64,000 bases of DNA from Anaerohalosphaeraceae bacterium. Lineage in GTDB: Bacteria > Planctomycetota > Phycisphaerae > Sedimentisphaerales > Anaerohalosphaeraceae. A program made the position numbers and the translations under genes. Location of the stretch: assembly GCA_050309605.1 (NCBI GenBank), contig JBNRMN010000010.1:8936-72935 (forward strand). The letters are read 5' to 3'. The notes below the pieces were generated by a model, which did not search any database, was not told where the DNA came from, and saw nothing but the letters and a program-made list of their open reading frames with translations. Below are positions 8,838 through 19,276 of the stretch, piece by piece (position 1 is the first letter of the stretch; each line of letters starts with the position of its first letter).

Positions 8838-11063
8838 ATGATGAAACGAGTAACAGGTCATATGTGGATCCTGCTGACGGTTCTGGTGATGGGAATCGCC
8901 GCCGTACAGGCGGACCTTTCTTTTGTCGATGATTTTGAGAATCGTACCGGCCACATCCACAATACGCCGACCGCCGGCGGAGACGGCACGTGGAGTACGA
9001 ACAATGGGACAACCGGCAATGTGGTGCTTGAAACGAACAGCGGCAGTACGGTGGTGCGTTTTATGACCACCACCGCCGGAGACGGTCGCGGCGTCGGGTT
9101 TGCCGACATCGACAATCCGGTTGAGAACACCGAGAAAGGGATTCTGTTCTTCCGATTCTCGGTGCGTTCTGAAAGCAACGCAGCAGATACGTATCTGGGA
9201 ATCCACGCGATGTCCGGCACAACACCGTTTGGCTCCAGCCAGCGGGCCAATCCGCAGGATTATATTGTCGCTGGGTTCCGCCTTGTCAACGGCGAGGGCA
9301 GTCTGGTCAATCTGGTGAACACAAGGGACTCCGATTCCGTCTTTTTGTCCGGGTTGTCCCGAGGGCAGTGGTATAATTGCTGGATTGAAGCGGATAATGT
9401 GGCCGATACGTTTAATCTGTTTATCAGCGAAGCGGACGGCCCGGCCGGACCGGCAACCCTTCCGACGCCCGCCGACAAAGTTGGCGATACCGTTCCCTTC
9501 GGCGTGGCGACGGATGATCCGCTGACCGGTGCGTTTTTCGGCACACCCAGTATTGGATCAACTGACAGATCAACCCAGCAGTCGGCACGTGTGTTCATTG
9601 ACGAGGTGTATTGGGACGGCGACAGGGGACTCAGTTCGCTGGTTGCGCAGAATCCCAATCCGGGCAACAATGCCGCTGGTGTGGCGCCGGAAGCGATCCT
9701 GTCGTGGGAAGCGCCGGACGATGAAAGCATCGGGCAGATACTGTGGTATGATGTGTATATGGATCCCAATGAGACAAAAGTGGCGACGGCGGATCCGGCC
9801 GCTTTACGAAGCGCTGCTCAGACCGAAACCGCTTATGATCCGGTGCCGGATATGCTGTTTGACAGCCGGTACTTCTGGCGGGTGGATACGACGGTTATTT
9901 TTGCGGCCGATCCCAATCAGGATATGGTAATCTCCGAAGGCGCTGTCTGGTCGTTTACCACCAAGACGCCCGCCCCCGAAATTGTCGGCCAGCCTGAGGA
10001 TGTGCTTGTCGGGCCGGGAGAAACGGCGGTCTTTGTGGTGGATGTCAGCAGCCCTTATGCGACGGCATCCTATCAATGGTATGCGTCAACCGACCGCGCC
10101 AACAATACGCCGGCCGATGATGTGCTGCTTGCCGGGGCAACATCGGAGACGCTGACGCTTTTGGACGTGTCAGCGGCTGACGAACGGTTTTATTACTGCG
10201 AAGTTTCCAATGTGTATAACGGGACGACCTATACGGTCTATTCCGATGCGGCGGCGCTGGGCGTCAAGCGCAAAGTCGCCCACTGGACGCTCGATGAACT
10301 CGTGAACGGACAGTACGCCGACAGCAGCGGTGAAGGCCGTCATGCCGATCCGAACGGCGTACCGGCCTTTATTCCCGGCGTCAATCCGGATTTGACCGGC
10401 AACGGTGTTGTCGTTGATCCGGACAATGGCTGGGCACATGCCGGCACGTGGGATCCATCGCTGTTTTCCGGTCAGTTGACGATTTCGATGTGGGTCAAAT
10501 GGGCCGGTCAGACCACCCCGTTCAGTTATCAGGGGTTGATCGGCAAGCGAAATGTCTATAGCAGCGATATGCGGTGGCAGTTGGAAATCGCAAACAACGC
10601 AGCCAGTCTGCTGACCTTCAAGAGCAATATCAACGGCATTACCGGACCGATTTTGCCGGTTGATGAATGGGAGCAGGTCGTTGTGACGTATGACGGGGGC
10701 ACCGCGACGATGTACCGCAATGGGACGCCGGTGGTCAGCGGGCCGGTCACGCTTAACGACGGCTTTGCAGCCAATATGATGCTTGGTGCGGTCGGCTGGG
10801 ATCCGACATCGCCGACGCCGACGTCGATTCTCAACGGTGCGCTGGATGACATTCAGCTTTTCAACTATGCCCTCGATCCGGTAACGGTGGCCTATTCTTA
10901 TACGGACATCTCCGGCGAAACGGCTTGTGTGAATCCGGATGATCCGGTTTTGCTCCGGTATGACCTGGACGGCGATTGTCAGGTCGGGTTGGGCGATCTG
11001 GTGATGTTGATAGAGCACTGGCTGGCCGGACAACTGGTGCCGGATGTTATTGATCGTCCGTAG
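8838..11063 (+). CDS. Secreted [unknown beta-rich domain] - FN3-like - Ig - LamG protein with Cys/EF-hand tail
   Basis: Signal peptide ending VQA; N-terminal domain shared with 11134; YFWRVD; FYYCEVSN; LNGALDDIQLFNYAL; YDLDGDCQVGLGDL...VIDRP. Confidence 0.82.
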   Translation: MMKRVTGHMWILLTVLVMGIAAVQADLSFVDDFENRTGHIHNTPTAGGDGTWSTNNGTTGNVVLETNSGSTVVRFMTTTAGDGRGVGFADIDNPVENTEKGILFFRFSVRSESNAADTYLGIHAMSGTTPFGSSQRANPQDYIVAGFRLVNGEGSLVNLVNTRDSDSVFLSGLSRGQWYNCWIEADNVADTFNLFISEADGPAGPATLPTPADKVGDTVPFGVATDDPLTGAFFGTPSIGSTDRSTQQSARVFIDEVYWDGDRGLSSLVAQNPNPGNNAAGVAPEAILSWEAPDDESIGQILWYDVYMDPNETKVATADPAALRSAAQTETAYDPVPDMLFDSRYFWRVDTTVIFAADPNQDMVISEGAVWSFTTKTPAPEIVGQPEDVLVGPGETAVFVVDVSSPYATASYQWYASTDRANNTPADDVLLAGATSETLTLLDVSAADERFYYCEVSNVYNGTTYTVYSDAAALGVKRKVAHWTLDELVNGQYADSSGEGRHADPNGVPAFIPGVNPDLTGNGVVVDPDNGWAHAGTWDPSLFSGQLTISMWVKWAGQTTPFSYQGLIGKRNVYSSDMRWQLEIANNAASLLTFKSNINGITGPILPVDEWEQVVVTYDGGTATMYRNGTPVVSGPVTLNDGFAANMMLGAVGWDPTSPTPTSILNGALDDIQLFNYALDPVTVAYSYTDISGETACVNPDDPVLLRYDLDGDCQVGLGDLVMLIEHWLAGQLVPDVIDRP

Positions 11064-11078
11064 CATAAGGTTTTGCAG

Positions 11079-11108
11079 AGGGAAGCGTCGCCGCGGCGGC
11101 GCTTCCCT
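11079..11108 (+). terminator. GC-rich intergenic hairpin (RNA stabiliser or attenuator; no strong U-tract)
   Basis: AGGGAAGCGTCGCC-gc-GGCGGCGCTTCCCT. The single mismatch is a U.G wobble on the transcribed strand. Confidence 0.65.
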
Positions 11109-11133
11109 GATTGTTAAGAAGAAAGGGGGCGCT

Positions 11134-13332
11134 ATGCAAAGCATAATCAAACGAATTGGTCTGGCAGTATTTTTTTTGACGGCGGCGACGGTCGGCTGCG
11201 CCGAATTACTTCGCGCGGAAGATTTTGATACCACGCCCGCCGGCAATATTGACGGTCGGGATGCGACCGGTCTGCTGAGTGGTTTTTGGGATACAGAACC
11301 CGAAAGCACCGGCAACTGTGTCGTGGAAAGCATAGACGGCAGTCAGGTGATGCGTTGTATGACCACAACCACCGGAGACCGACGCGGCGTGGCTTTGGCG
11401 GGAATTGAAAATCCGATTGAGGATACGGAATCGGGGACGTTGTTTTTTCGGTTTATGTTTCGGTCCGATTCCGAGATCATCAAGACCTATATGGGACTGC
11501 ACGCTCTGACGGGAGCAAATCCGTTGCAAACTTCCCAGACGCAGAACCCCTGGGATTATATCACCGCCGGATTTGCCGCCCTGGACAACGGGTCGGGATT
11601 TGACATTAAAACAACCGACGGCTCGGTTACGCTGAAGGCCGGTTTGATGCGCGCTCAATGGTACGATTGCTGGATTGTAGCCCATCATGCTGTTGGTACG
11701 TTTGACTTATATATCCGTCCTGCCGACGGCCCGGCCGGAGCGCCCATCCTGCCGACCGAAGAAGACATTGTGGTTCGCGCGCAGCCTTTCGGCAGTTCGA
11801 CAGCCGATCCGCTGACGGGGGCGATGTGGGTCTGTCCCGGCGTCAATAATGTTGATCCCCAGACCACACGCATGTATCTTGATGAAATCTGGTGGGACGG
11901 CGATGAGGGGCTTGTGCTCAGAACCAAAGCGGCTCGCAATCCCGTTCCCGCCCACCGTGAAACACAGGTTGCATTGGACAGCACGCTGTCATGGGATACT
12001 CCGGATGATCCGAATGTGGCCGAAGTGCTCGGCTACGATGTGTATCTGGACCCCAATGAAACAGATGTCAGGGTCGGCGCCCCATCGGCGTTGGTCAGTA
12101 CCGGGCAGTCGCTGACCTATTATGAGCCGCCTGTTGGTTTTGACTATGACACGGAGTACTTCTGGCGCGTCGAAACGACCGTTCGCATGGATGATCCGAA
12201 TCAGACGGTATGGACGGCGCCGGGTGAAGTCTGGAGCTTTACGACGATGACGGCGCTGCCGGTACTTACACAACAGCCCGTGAATGTGATCGCCTCGCCC
12301 GGCCAAACGGCGGAGTTTTCGGTTGCGGTCGAAAGCATCAAGCCGGTGTCTTTCCAGTGGTACAAATCCCCCGATCGCGCCAACGATACTTTTGATGATG
12401 ATGCGGCGGTGCCGGGTGCCGATGGACCGGCATTGATCCTGTCGAACATCTCGGCGGCGGATGAAGGTTTTTACTATTGCAGGGTGTCCAATCCGTCTGT
12501 TGCCTATTCCGAGGTTGCGGGGTTGGGAGTCAAGCGTGAATTGGCATACTGGACACTGAATAAAAGCGATTACGATGCGGTGAATGAGCTGTATCTCGAC
12601 GCGACGGGCGGTTTTCATGCTGCGGTTGCGGTTGCCGGCAGCGTGCCGGTGTTTGTTGAGGGAGCGACCGACACTGTTACCGAAGGCGCTGTTGCTTTTG
12701 ATCCGAATACCCGCGGCGTGGTCAGTTTGCTGAATCCGTCGGAGTTTACCGATCAGATGACGCTCAGCGCCTGGGTCAAGTGGGACGGCGGCCCGCTGGG
12801 CGAGTTCGGCAATGTCATCCTGCAAAAAGGCCAGACGTGGGAAACGCTGATGTGGACGTGGAAACTTCGTCAAACCGGCGATGGTCGAGCCGGCGTGAGG
12901 TTTTATAACAATTACGGCTATTCAGCGCAAACGGACAATTTGATTGAAAGCAACGTATGGACACATGTCTGTGCGACGTGGGACGGGATTGCTGGCCGTG
13001 TGTATATCAATGCGGCGTTGGCGGCAACCGATACCACAGGCGCTCTGGGGCCGGATACACTCGGCAACCTGCTGATTACGGGCACAGCCGATGACGATTT
13101 TCCGGGGGCGCTCGATGAGGTCCGCATTTACAACACGGCCTTTGATCCGGTTGAGATTGCGTATTTGTATGTTGATGTCAGCGGCATGTCGATATGTCTT
13201 GATCCGGATGATCCAATCCTGCAAATTTATGACTTCAACAATGATTGTGTTGTGAATCTGGCTGATGTTGCGGAGATGGCATCGCACTGGCTGACGTGCC
13301 TGATGGTACCCGATTGCATAGAGCGGCCGTGA
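11134..13332 (+). CDS. Secreted [unknown beta-rich domain] - FN3-like - Ig - LamG protein with Cys/EF-hand tail; paralog of 8838
   Basis: ATG 11134 follows GAAAGGGGG (the ORF-track start at 11044 overlaps the previous gene). Signal peptide; same architecture; ends YDFNNDCVVNLAD...PDCIERP. Confidence 0.85.
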   Translation: MQSIIKRIGLAVFFLTAATVGCAELLRAEDFDTTPAGNIDGRDATGLLSGFWDTEPESTGNCVVESIDGSQVMRCMTTTTGDRRGVALAGIENPIEDTESGTLFFRFMFRSDSEIIKTYMGLHALTGANPLQTSQTQNPWDYITAGFAALDNGSGFDIKTTDGSVTLKAGLMRAQWYDCWIVAHHAVGTFDLYIRPADGPAGAPILPTEEDIVVRAQPFGSSTADPLTGAMWVCPGVNNVDPQTTRMYLDEIWWDGDEGLVLRTKAARNPVPAHRETQVALDSTLSWDTPDDPNVAEVLGYDVYLDPNETDVRVGAPSALVSTGQSLTYYEPPVGFDYDTEYFWRVETTVRMDDPNQTVWTAPGEVWSFTTMTALPVLTQQPVNVIASPGQTAEFSVAVESIKPVSFQWYKSPDRANDTFDDDAAVPGADGPALILSNISAADEGFYYCRVSNPSVAYSEVAGLGVKRELAYWTLNKSDYDAVNELYLDATGGFHAAVAVAGSVPVFVEGATDTVTEGAVAFDPNTRGVVSLLNPSEFTDQMTLSAWVKWDGGPLGEFGNVILQKGQTWETLMWTWKLRQTGDGRAGVRFYNNYGYSAQTDNLIESNVWTHVCATWDGIAGRVYINAALAATDTTGALGPDTLGNLLITGTADDDFPGALDEVRIYNTAFDPVEIAYLYVDVSGMSICLDPDDPILQIYDFNNDCVVNLADVAEMASHWLTCLMVPDCIERP

Positions 13333-13347
13333 CGGACATGATTTTTG

Positions 13348-13382
13348 GCGAGGCGGTTGCCGATGCTGCGGAACTGCCTCGC
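13348..13382 (+). terminator. GC-rich hairpin after the last LamG scaffold gene of module 1
   Basis: GCGAGGCGGTT...AACTGCCTCGC (G.U wobble on the + strand), followed by GAACTTTT. Confidence 0.6.
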
Positions 13383-13437
13383 GAACTTTTGGATGTGGCG
13401 TTGAAACGTCAAGCGGGCGTGTTCTGTTGTTACTGAA

Positions 13438-16400
13438 ATGCAGAAATTTGATTATGGGGGTGTTATGTACCGGATGACGGAGTTTGAAAATAAACCATTC
13501 TGTGTTGGCCGATGGCGGGTATTATACTTATGGTGTATATTGATTTCAGGCGGTATGTCGGTTGTTTACGGGGTTCAAAGTGAGTTGGCTTACATTGGTG
13601 ATGACGGGCGGCTGACCTATGATCTTTACGCCAACGAGGGCGAAACAAATGCCGTCAATCGGCTTCCGGATTTTTCGTTTTGCGGTTATCAAGGCGGCGG
13701 CGTTGCCATTCCGGATGTGCCGGTGCGCGTGACAGTCCACCCTCAGACCGGCGACGACACGCAGCGTATTCAATCCGCCATCAATACGGTTTCGGCGTAT
13801 CCGCCCGACGCTGATGGCTTCCGGGGCGCGGTGCGGCTCAGGGCGGGACGATACCAGGTCTCATCATCGCTGAGCATCCAGGCAAGCGGGGTGGTGCTGC
13901 GAGGCGAAGGACAGGATATTCTGGGGACGGTACTGGAGGCCGTTACGCCATCGAACTATGATGTCATTATTCTTGGCAGCGGAAGCGGCAGCTACGGTGT
14001 GCAAAACGGAACGGCGCGTACGATCACCACGTCGTATGTCCCCTCCGGAGCAATCAGCTTCGAAGTGGACAATGCAACCGGTTATTCGGTGGGCGAATTG
14101 ATCATCGTTCAGCGCACCCCCAACCAGTTCTGGATTGATGACCTGGTGATGGGACAGTGGGGCTGGACGCCGAGCGGATATAATGTGGAGTATGAGCGAT
14201 ACATTACCGCTATTGCAGGCAATACGATCACTGTTGATGCACCGCTGGTTGATGTGATTCAGGACAAGTACGGCGGCGGGCGGATTTATAAACCGACGAC
14301 GATTTCCCGCATTCGCCAAAGCGGCGTTGAAAATCTGCGTATCGAGTCGTGTTACGCCGGAGATACCGATGAAGAGCATCCCTGGAATGCCGTTCGGGTG
14401 CGTTATGCCGAAGACAGCTGGGTGCGCGGCGTGACGGCGCAGTATTTTGCCTATTCCTGCGTCAATGTGTCTGCTTATGCAAGACGTATCACCGTTGAGG
14501 ATTGTGCCTATGTCGATCCGAAGTCCATCGTGACCGGCGGCCGTCGATATTCCTTTAATCTTGAAAGCACGGCCACACGCATTCTCTTTCAACGGTGTTA
14601 TTCGCATGAGTCCCGCCATGATTTTGTATTGGGTTCCAAGACGCGCGGCCCCAATGCCTTTGTCGATTGTTACGCGGATCGGTCATTTGCCGACAGCGGG
14701 CCGCATCATCGCTGGTCCACCGGTGCTTTGTTTGATAATGTGTATTCGAGTAATACGCTGGCGGTGGAAAACCGCCAAAGCAGCGGTTCCGGCCACGGCT
14801 GGTCGGGCGCCCAAATGATATTCTGGAACTGCCAGGCGACGAATCAGAAATGCGATACTCCCAAAGGTGCGATGAATTTCGCCATCGGTTCTAACGCCAA
14901 TAAACGCGAAGGCTCCTGGGCGCCGGAAGAGCCGTTCGGCTGGTGGGAACATCAATGGCAGGTGGTTGTTCCCCGTAGCTTATATTTTCAGCAGTTGGCG
15001 GACCGACAGGGGATGACAGCGGTTAATGCCGTCACATTGCCTGCGCAGAGAGAAGGGCGCATCTGGGATGCCTTGTCGGCATGGAAAGGGAAAGATCGCT
15101 TTCAGCCCAGTCCACTGAGGGAAAACCCCAAAGACCGGCCACTGGACATCGGTTCTGCGGTTCTCTTTGAAGTTGTTCCCCGGCCGGGTGCCGTGGTTGT
15201 CGAATACCAATGGTATGAAGTATCCGATTCCGATTACATTAGGGTCGGAGTCAATAGTCCGCTGCTGATCCTGCCGAACGCCCAGGCCTCTGACTTCGGA
15301 CGGACGTTTTTCTGCCGTGTGGTCACCGACAAGGGACCCTACTGGTCGGAGCGGGCGAAAATCGCGAATGTGGCCGGTCAAACCAATATCGCTTTGGCCC
15401 AGCCTACCCTTGCCAGCAGTGTGTACGGCAGCAGTTATACCGCCGACAAGGCCGTCGATGGCGCAAATAATACATTTTGGAATTCCGCAGCGTCGGATGA
15501 TTTCCCCTGGTGGGCGGTGAATTTGCAGCAACTGTATCCTGTTGCCGGTGTGACCTTTGTCAATCGAGCGACATCGACGACGTCGCTGCTGGCGCGGCTG
15601 AGCGATTTGCAGGTGGATGTATTGGACGGCCAATGGCCGGAATATGAGGTGGTTTTTACGTCCGGCCTGATCAATCCGGGCAACGTGATGAACATTCAGA
15701 ACGACGGCTCAAACGGACAGTTGACATATTATCTGCCCACACCGGCAACAGGCCGTTATGTGCGAGTATCCAAGCTGACCGGTCCGGATCGGAGTTACTC
15801 GGATACCCAGGCCAACATCGCGGAGATTCAAATCTATGCCGCGCTAACTATTCCGACAGCACCGCAGCAACTGACGGCTCAGCCGGATGATGGGAAGATT
15901 ACCCTAAGCTGGCAAGAAGTTGACGACCCTGATATTTCCGGATATGTGGTCTATCGTTCCGAGACGGAAGGCGGGGGCTATGTACGCATCGCAGAGGGGC
16001 TGGCCGAATCTGTTTATATTGACGAGGATGGATTGAACATAGACCAGCGTTATTATTATCGTATTCGTGCAGAAAACGGTGCCGGGCATTTGTCGAACTT
16101 ATCCGATGAAGTGTCTGCGATACCGCAGTTTTCTCCCGCGACGCCGAGAGGCATCGGCGCCGCCGGCGGCGACGGCGTTGTGCAGCTTGTCTGGGAGCCG
16201 AATACCCAGCCTGACTTTTCGTATTATACGTTGTATCGCAGTCGGCGTGCCGATGCTGATTTCCGTCCGATTGCCGAAGGGTTGACGGGGTGCGATTACC
16301 TGGATGAAAGCGTCGAAAATGCTAAGACGTACTATTACACGCTCACCGCCACGAACGCAGAAGGGACGGAATCGATGTTTTGTAAGCCGGTGGCGGTAAT

Positions 16401-17364
16401 TCCGAATGTCTCGGCGTTTTTTCCTGTGAACGTTGCGTTACACAAACCGACGACGGCCAGCAGTTATTACGCCGATGCAGCGCCGGCATACGTTGTCGAT
16501 GGTCAGATTCTGGATTATCCTTACATTTGGCACTCAGCGCGGTTTGACACGGATTTGCAGCCGTGGATACAGATTGATCTGGAGGCGACTTTTATAATTG
16601 AGCGCGTCTTGATTTATAACCGTGCCCACCCCGGCACCTATTCGCGCAATCGCGATTTTGATTTGGATATTCTGGATGAGCAGGGGAGATTGGTCTGGTC
16701 AAACTATGATGAAACGACCGGTCGGGGTGAATTGATCAATCAGGGCAACTGGATGAACAGTCCGGCGATGATTGATTATATCGTGCCTTATAACGCTTCG
16801 GGGCGTTATATTGTACTGACCAAACGCAGCAATTTGGCGGGGGATGCGGCCACAGCCAATATATCGGAAATTGAGGTTTGTCGGAGACTTTCAGTCTCGC
16901 CGGTCACCGGTGTGGCGGTTCAGGCCGGGGCAAGGTCGGTGCAGCTACAGTGGGACAGCCACCCCGATACGGCGGCGGATTTTCGTATTTATCGACGCAG
17001 CGAAACCGACAGCGAGTATCTGTTGCTGGGCCATAGCGGAGGGCTGAATACGTTTAGGGACGATACGGCGAAGTGGGGGGAGCTGTATTATTATATGATT
17101 ACAGCGGTGGACGGCGGGGGCAACGAGTCCGGATACTCCGAGGAGCAGCCGGCGATATGGGTTCTCGCGGCCGATTTGAACGATGATGGAAAGGTGGATA
17201 TGGAAGACTTCGCCGTTTTCAGCCGCCAATGGCTGACGGAGGATTCGATTCCTTCGGCCGATAATGCGTTTGAAGACGGCGACAGCGTTGTCGATATCGA
17301 TGATTTAATTATCTTGATAGAACAATGGTTGATGATCAATTTTATCGAAAGGACAGGTTCATGA
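13438..17364 (+). CDS. Secreted pectate-lyase-like beta-helix enzyme + Ig + 2 discoidin/F-type-lectin-like domains + 3 FN3 + dockerin-like tail
   Basis: LPDFSFCGYQGG, GDDTQRIQSAI, GVVLRGEG (beta-helix); NIALAQPT/NVALHKPT...WWAVNL/WIQIDL; FN3 GYVVYRS...YYYRIRA; tail ADLNDDGKVDMEDF...VVDIDDL. Start could be 13465. Confidence 0.8.
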   Translation: MQKFDYGGVMYRMTEFENKPFCVGRWRVLYLWCILISGGMSVVYGVQSELAYIGDDGRLTYDLYANEGETNAVNRLPDFSFCGYQGGGVAIPDVPVRVTVHPQTGDDTQRIQSAINTVSAYPPDADGFRGAVRLRAGRYQVSSSLSIQASGVVLRGEGQDILGTVLEAVTPSNYDVIILGSGSGSYGVQNGTARTITTSYVPSGAISFEVDNATGYSVGELIIVQRTPNQFWIDDLVMGQWGWTPSGYNVEYERYITAIAGNTITVDAPLVDVIQDKYGGGRIYKPTTISRIRQSGVENLRIESCYAGDTDEEHPWNAVRVRYAEDSWVRGVTAQYFAYSCVNVSAYARRITVEDCAYVDPKSIVTGGRRYSFNLESTATRILFQRCYSHESRHDFVLGSKTRGPNAFVDCYADRSFADSGPHHRWSTGALFDNVYSSNTLAVENRQSSGSGHGWSGAQMIFWNCQATNQKCDTPKGAMNFAIGSNANKREGSWAPEEPFGWWEHQWQVVVPRSLYFQQLADRQGMTAVNAVTLPAQREGRIWDALSAWKGKDRFQPSPLRENPKDRPLDIGSAVLFEVVPRPGAVVVEYQWYEVSDSDYIRVGVNSPLLILPNAQASDFGRTFFCRVVTDKGPYWSERAKIANVAGQTNIALAQPTLASSVYGSSYTADKAVDGANNTFWNSAASDDFPWWAVNLQQLYPVAGVTFVNRATSTTSLLARLSDLQVDVLDGQWPEYEVVFTSGLINPGNVMNIQNDGSNGQLTYYLPTPATGRYVRVSKLTGPDRSYSDTQANIAEIQIYAALTIPTAPQQLTAQPDDGKITLSWQEVDDPDISGYVVYRSETEGGGYVRIAEGLAESVYIDEDGLNIDQRYYYRIRAENGAGHLSNLSDEVSAIPQFSPATPRGIGAAGGDGVVQLVWEPNTQPDFSYYTLYRSRRADADFRPIAEGLTGCDYLDESVENAKTYYYTLTATNAEGTESMFCKPVAVIPNVSAFFPVNVALHKPTTASSYYADAAPAYVVDGQILDYPYIWHSARFDTDLQPWIQIDLEATFIIERVLIYNRAHPGTYSRNRDFDLDILDEQGRLVWSNYDETTGRGELINQGNWMNSPAMIDYIVPYNASGRYIVLTKRSNLAGDAATANISEIEVCRRLSVSPVTGVAVQAGARSVQLQWDSHPDTAADFRIYRRSETDSEYLLLGHSGGLNTFRDDTAKWGELYYYMITAVDGGGNESGYSEEQPAIWVLAADLNDDGKVDMEDFAVFSRQWLTEDSIPSADNAFEDGDSVVDIDDLIILIEQWLMINFIERTGS

Positions 17365-19247
17365 GGACGTTACACAGGCCAGGACGTTTATTTCTTGCGG
17401 CAATCCTTATCACATTCGGTGCGGCTGGCATCAGTGCTGCGGCGGATTATTCGATTGTCTCACCGGACGGGAATATCACAGTTACGGTGATGCACAATCA
17501 GGATGACGGGACGTTGTCCTATCGTGTTGAAAGCCGAGGCCGTGAAATTATTTCAACCAGTCCTGTCGGCATCCATACCAGCCGAGGAGATTTTCGCTCC
17601 GGATTGACGTTTGGAAACCGATCAATCGACACGATTGATGAAACCTTTACTCTGCCGCACGGGAAGGTATCAACCTATCGGAACCATGCCAACGAACAAA
17701 CCTTGCGGCTGAGCAGGGACGGGCAGGCGATCCACATTCTGTTTCGCGCCTACAATGACGGCGTCGCCTTTTGCTTCGTCATCCCCGGCAGCGGAGACAT
17801 TGAGTTTTTTGAGGAAAACAGCGTCATCCGTTTGGCCGGACGGAATTTTACATATTGGGGACAGCAGCACCCCAATCGATACGGCTACGAGGGATCGCTG
17901 GGGCCGATCGACGGCGAACGTTTGTCCATTCCGGTACTGTCCCACATGAAAGACCGCGACCACTATGTGTTGATGGGACAGGCGGCCACTTATGGGCATT
18001 ATATTCAGCCGCATTTTGAACGTTCAGGATCGGCCTTTTACTTCCGCTTTCCGCTGGATCAGTCGCGGGTCGGTCCGGTTCGCAGCACGCTCCCGTTCCA
18101 GTCGCCGTGGCGAATGATCATTATTTCGCCGAATACACCGGCTCGGATTGTGGAGTCCTGTTTGGTGGAAAATCTCAATCCTTCCACCGATCCGAGGCTG
18201 CTGAATCCTGATGGAACAGTCAAATCATGGGTTCGCCCCGGCCGGGTGATGTGGGATTTTATTGCCGGCGACAGAGACAAGCCGGCGATGTGGGTGGATT
18301 TGGCCGCCGAGATGGGCTGGGAGTACTATTTGGCTGATGCGGGGTTTGCCAATCGCTGGGGCGGCGGGCAGGCCGTTCGCCAAGCAGCCCAATACGCCGC
18401 TTCGAAGCATGTTGGTATTATCGGCTGGGCGCATACGCGCGATTATGACACCTATGAAAAGGCCGCCGCCAATATGCGCCGCTATGCCGAGTGGGGACTC
18501 AAGGGCGCCAAGATTGATTTCTTTGATCATAACACGCTCGATGAGAATTCGAGAGAGTGGCGCGATTATGAGGACACGCAGCGAAGTCTTCAGATGCGCG
18601 ACTGGATATTTGAGTTGGGCATCGAGAACCAATTTTTGCTGGAACTGCACGGCAATACCATGCCGACCGGTGAACGACGACGCTATCCTCATCTGATGAC
18701 GCTTGAAGGCGTTGACGGAATGGAGCGAAGAACCAAGCCCGCCGCCAACGACCTGACGATTCCCTATGTGCGAAATGTGATGGGACCGGTCAGTTACACC
18801 GTTATCCATTTTGACCGGTCGCCGGGGTCCCATGCCTATCAAATGGCGATGCCCATTGTTTACGAAGCCGGAATGATGATTTATGCCGAACACGGACAAA
18901 AGCTGCTTGACTGGCCCGGCAGAGAGATGATTCAGGATGTTCCGTCTGCGTGGGACGAAACCCGATTCATCGAGGGCAGGCCCGCTGAATACATTATTAT
19001 AGCCCGGCGAAAAGGACAGGACTGGTTCGTTGCCGGTATGACCGAGGAAGCACGTACGGCCGACATTTCTTTGAAGTTTCTGTCTGAGGGGCGCGACTAT
19101 GCCGCTCTTCTCTTTAAGGATGAAACGCATACCACAATGGGCAGAGAAAGACGAATCGTAAAGCAAACAACCACATTGTCTATTCCCATGCGGCAGCGGG
19201 GCGGCTTTGCCATACGCCTCAGTCCTGATACCCCTGCGGCACCTTAA
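17361..19247 (+). CDS. GH97 glycoside hydrolase (alpha-glucosidase/alpha-galactosidase family)
   Basis: SPDGNI N-terminus, FRAYNDGVAF, SPWRMI, SWVRPG, GAKIDFF, RRYPHLMTLEGV, RNVMGPVSYT and VPSAWDET. ATGA overlap with the upstream stop. Confidence 0.9.
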   Translation: MRTLHRPGRLFLAAILITFGAAGISAAADYSIVSPDGNITVTVMHNQDDGTLSYRVESRGREIISTSPVGIHTSRGDFRSGLTFGNRSIDTIDETFTLPHGKVSTYRNHANEQTLRLSRDGQAIHILFRAYNDGVAFCFVIPGSGDIEFFEENSVIRLAGRNFTYWGQQHPNRYGYEGSLGPIDGERLSIPVLSHMKDRDHYVLMGQAATYGHYIQPHFERSGSAFYFRFPLDQSRVGPVRSTLPFQSPWRMIIISPNTPARIVESCLVENLNPSTDPRLLNPDGTVKSWVRPGRVMWDFIAGDRDKPAMWVDLAAEMGWEYYLADAGFANRWGGGQAVRQAAQYAASKHVGIIGWAHTRDYDTYEKAAANMRRYAEWGLKGAKIDFFDHNTLDENSREWRDYEDTQRSLQMRDWIFELGIENQFLLELHGNTMPTGERRRYPHLMTLEGVDGMERRTKPAANDLTIPYVRNVMGPVSYTVIHFDRSPGSHAYQMAMPIVYEAGMMIYAEHGQKLLDWPGREMIQDVPSAWDETRFIEGRPAEYIIIARRKGQDWFVAGMTEEARTADISLKFLSEGRDYAALLFKDETHTTMGRERRIVKQTTTLSIPMRQRGGFAIRLSPDTPAAP

Positions 19248-19276
19248 AGAATGCGGCGGCGGAAGGGTATTTTGAG

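Noticed and set aside
10170..11333. Long antisense or alternative-frame ORFs (e.g. 10170-11333 -, 25216-26496 -, 52028-53338 -, 33907-34947 +, 43980-44999 -)
   Set aside because: They overlap well-supported genes, have no recognisable motifs, and are expected shadows of GC-rich codon usage.
17340..17364. C-terminal IERTGS (13438) and NERTSW (19277) resembling the scaffold ERP tail
   Set aside because: The ER codons are the GAAAGG Shine-Dalgarno sequence of the overlapping downstream gene, so the similarity is explained by translational coupling.
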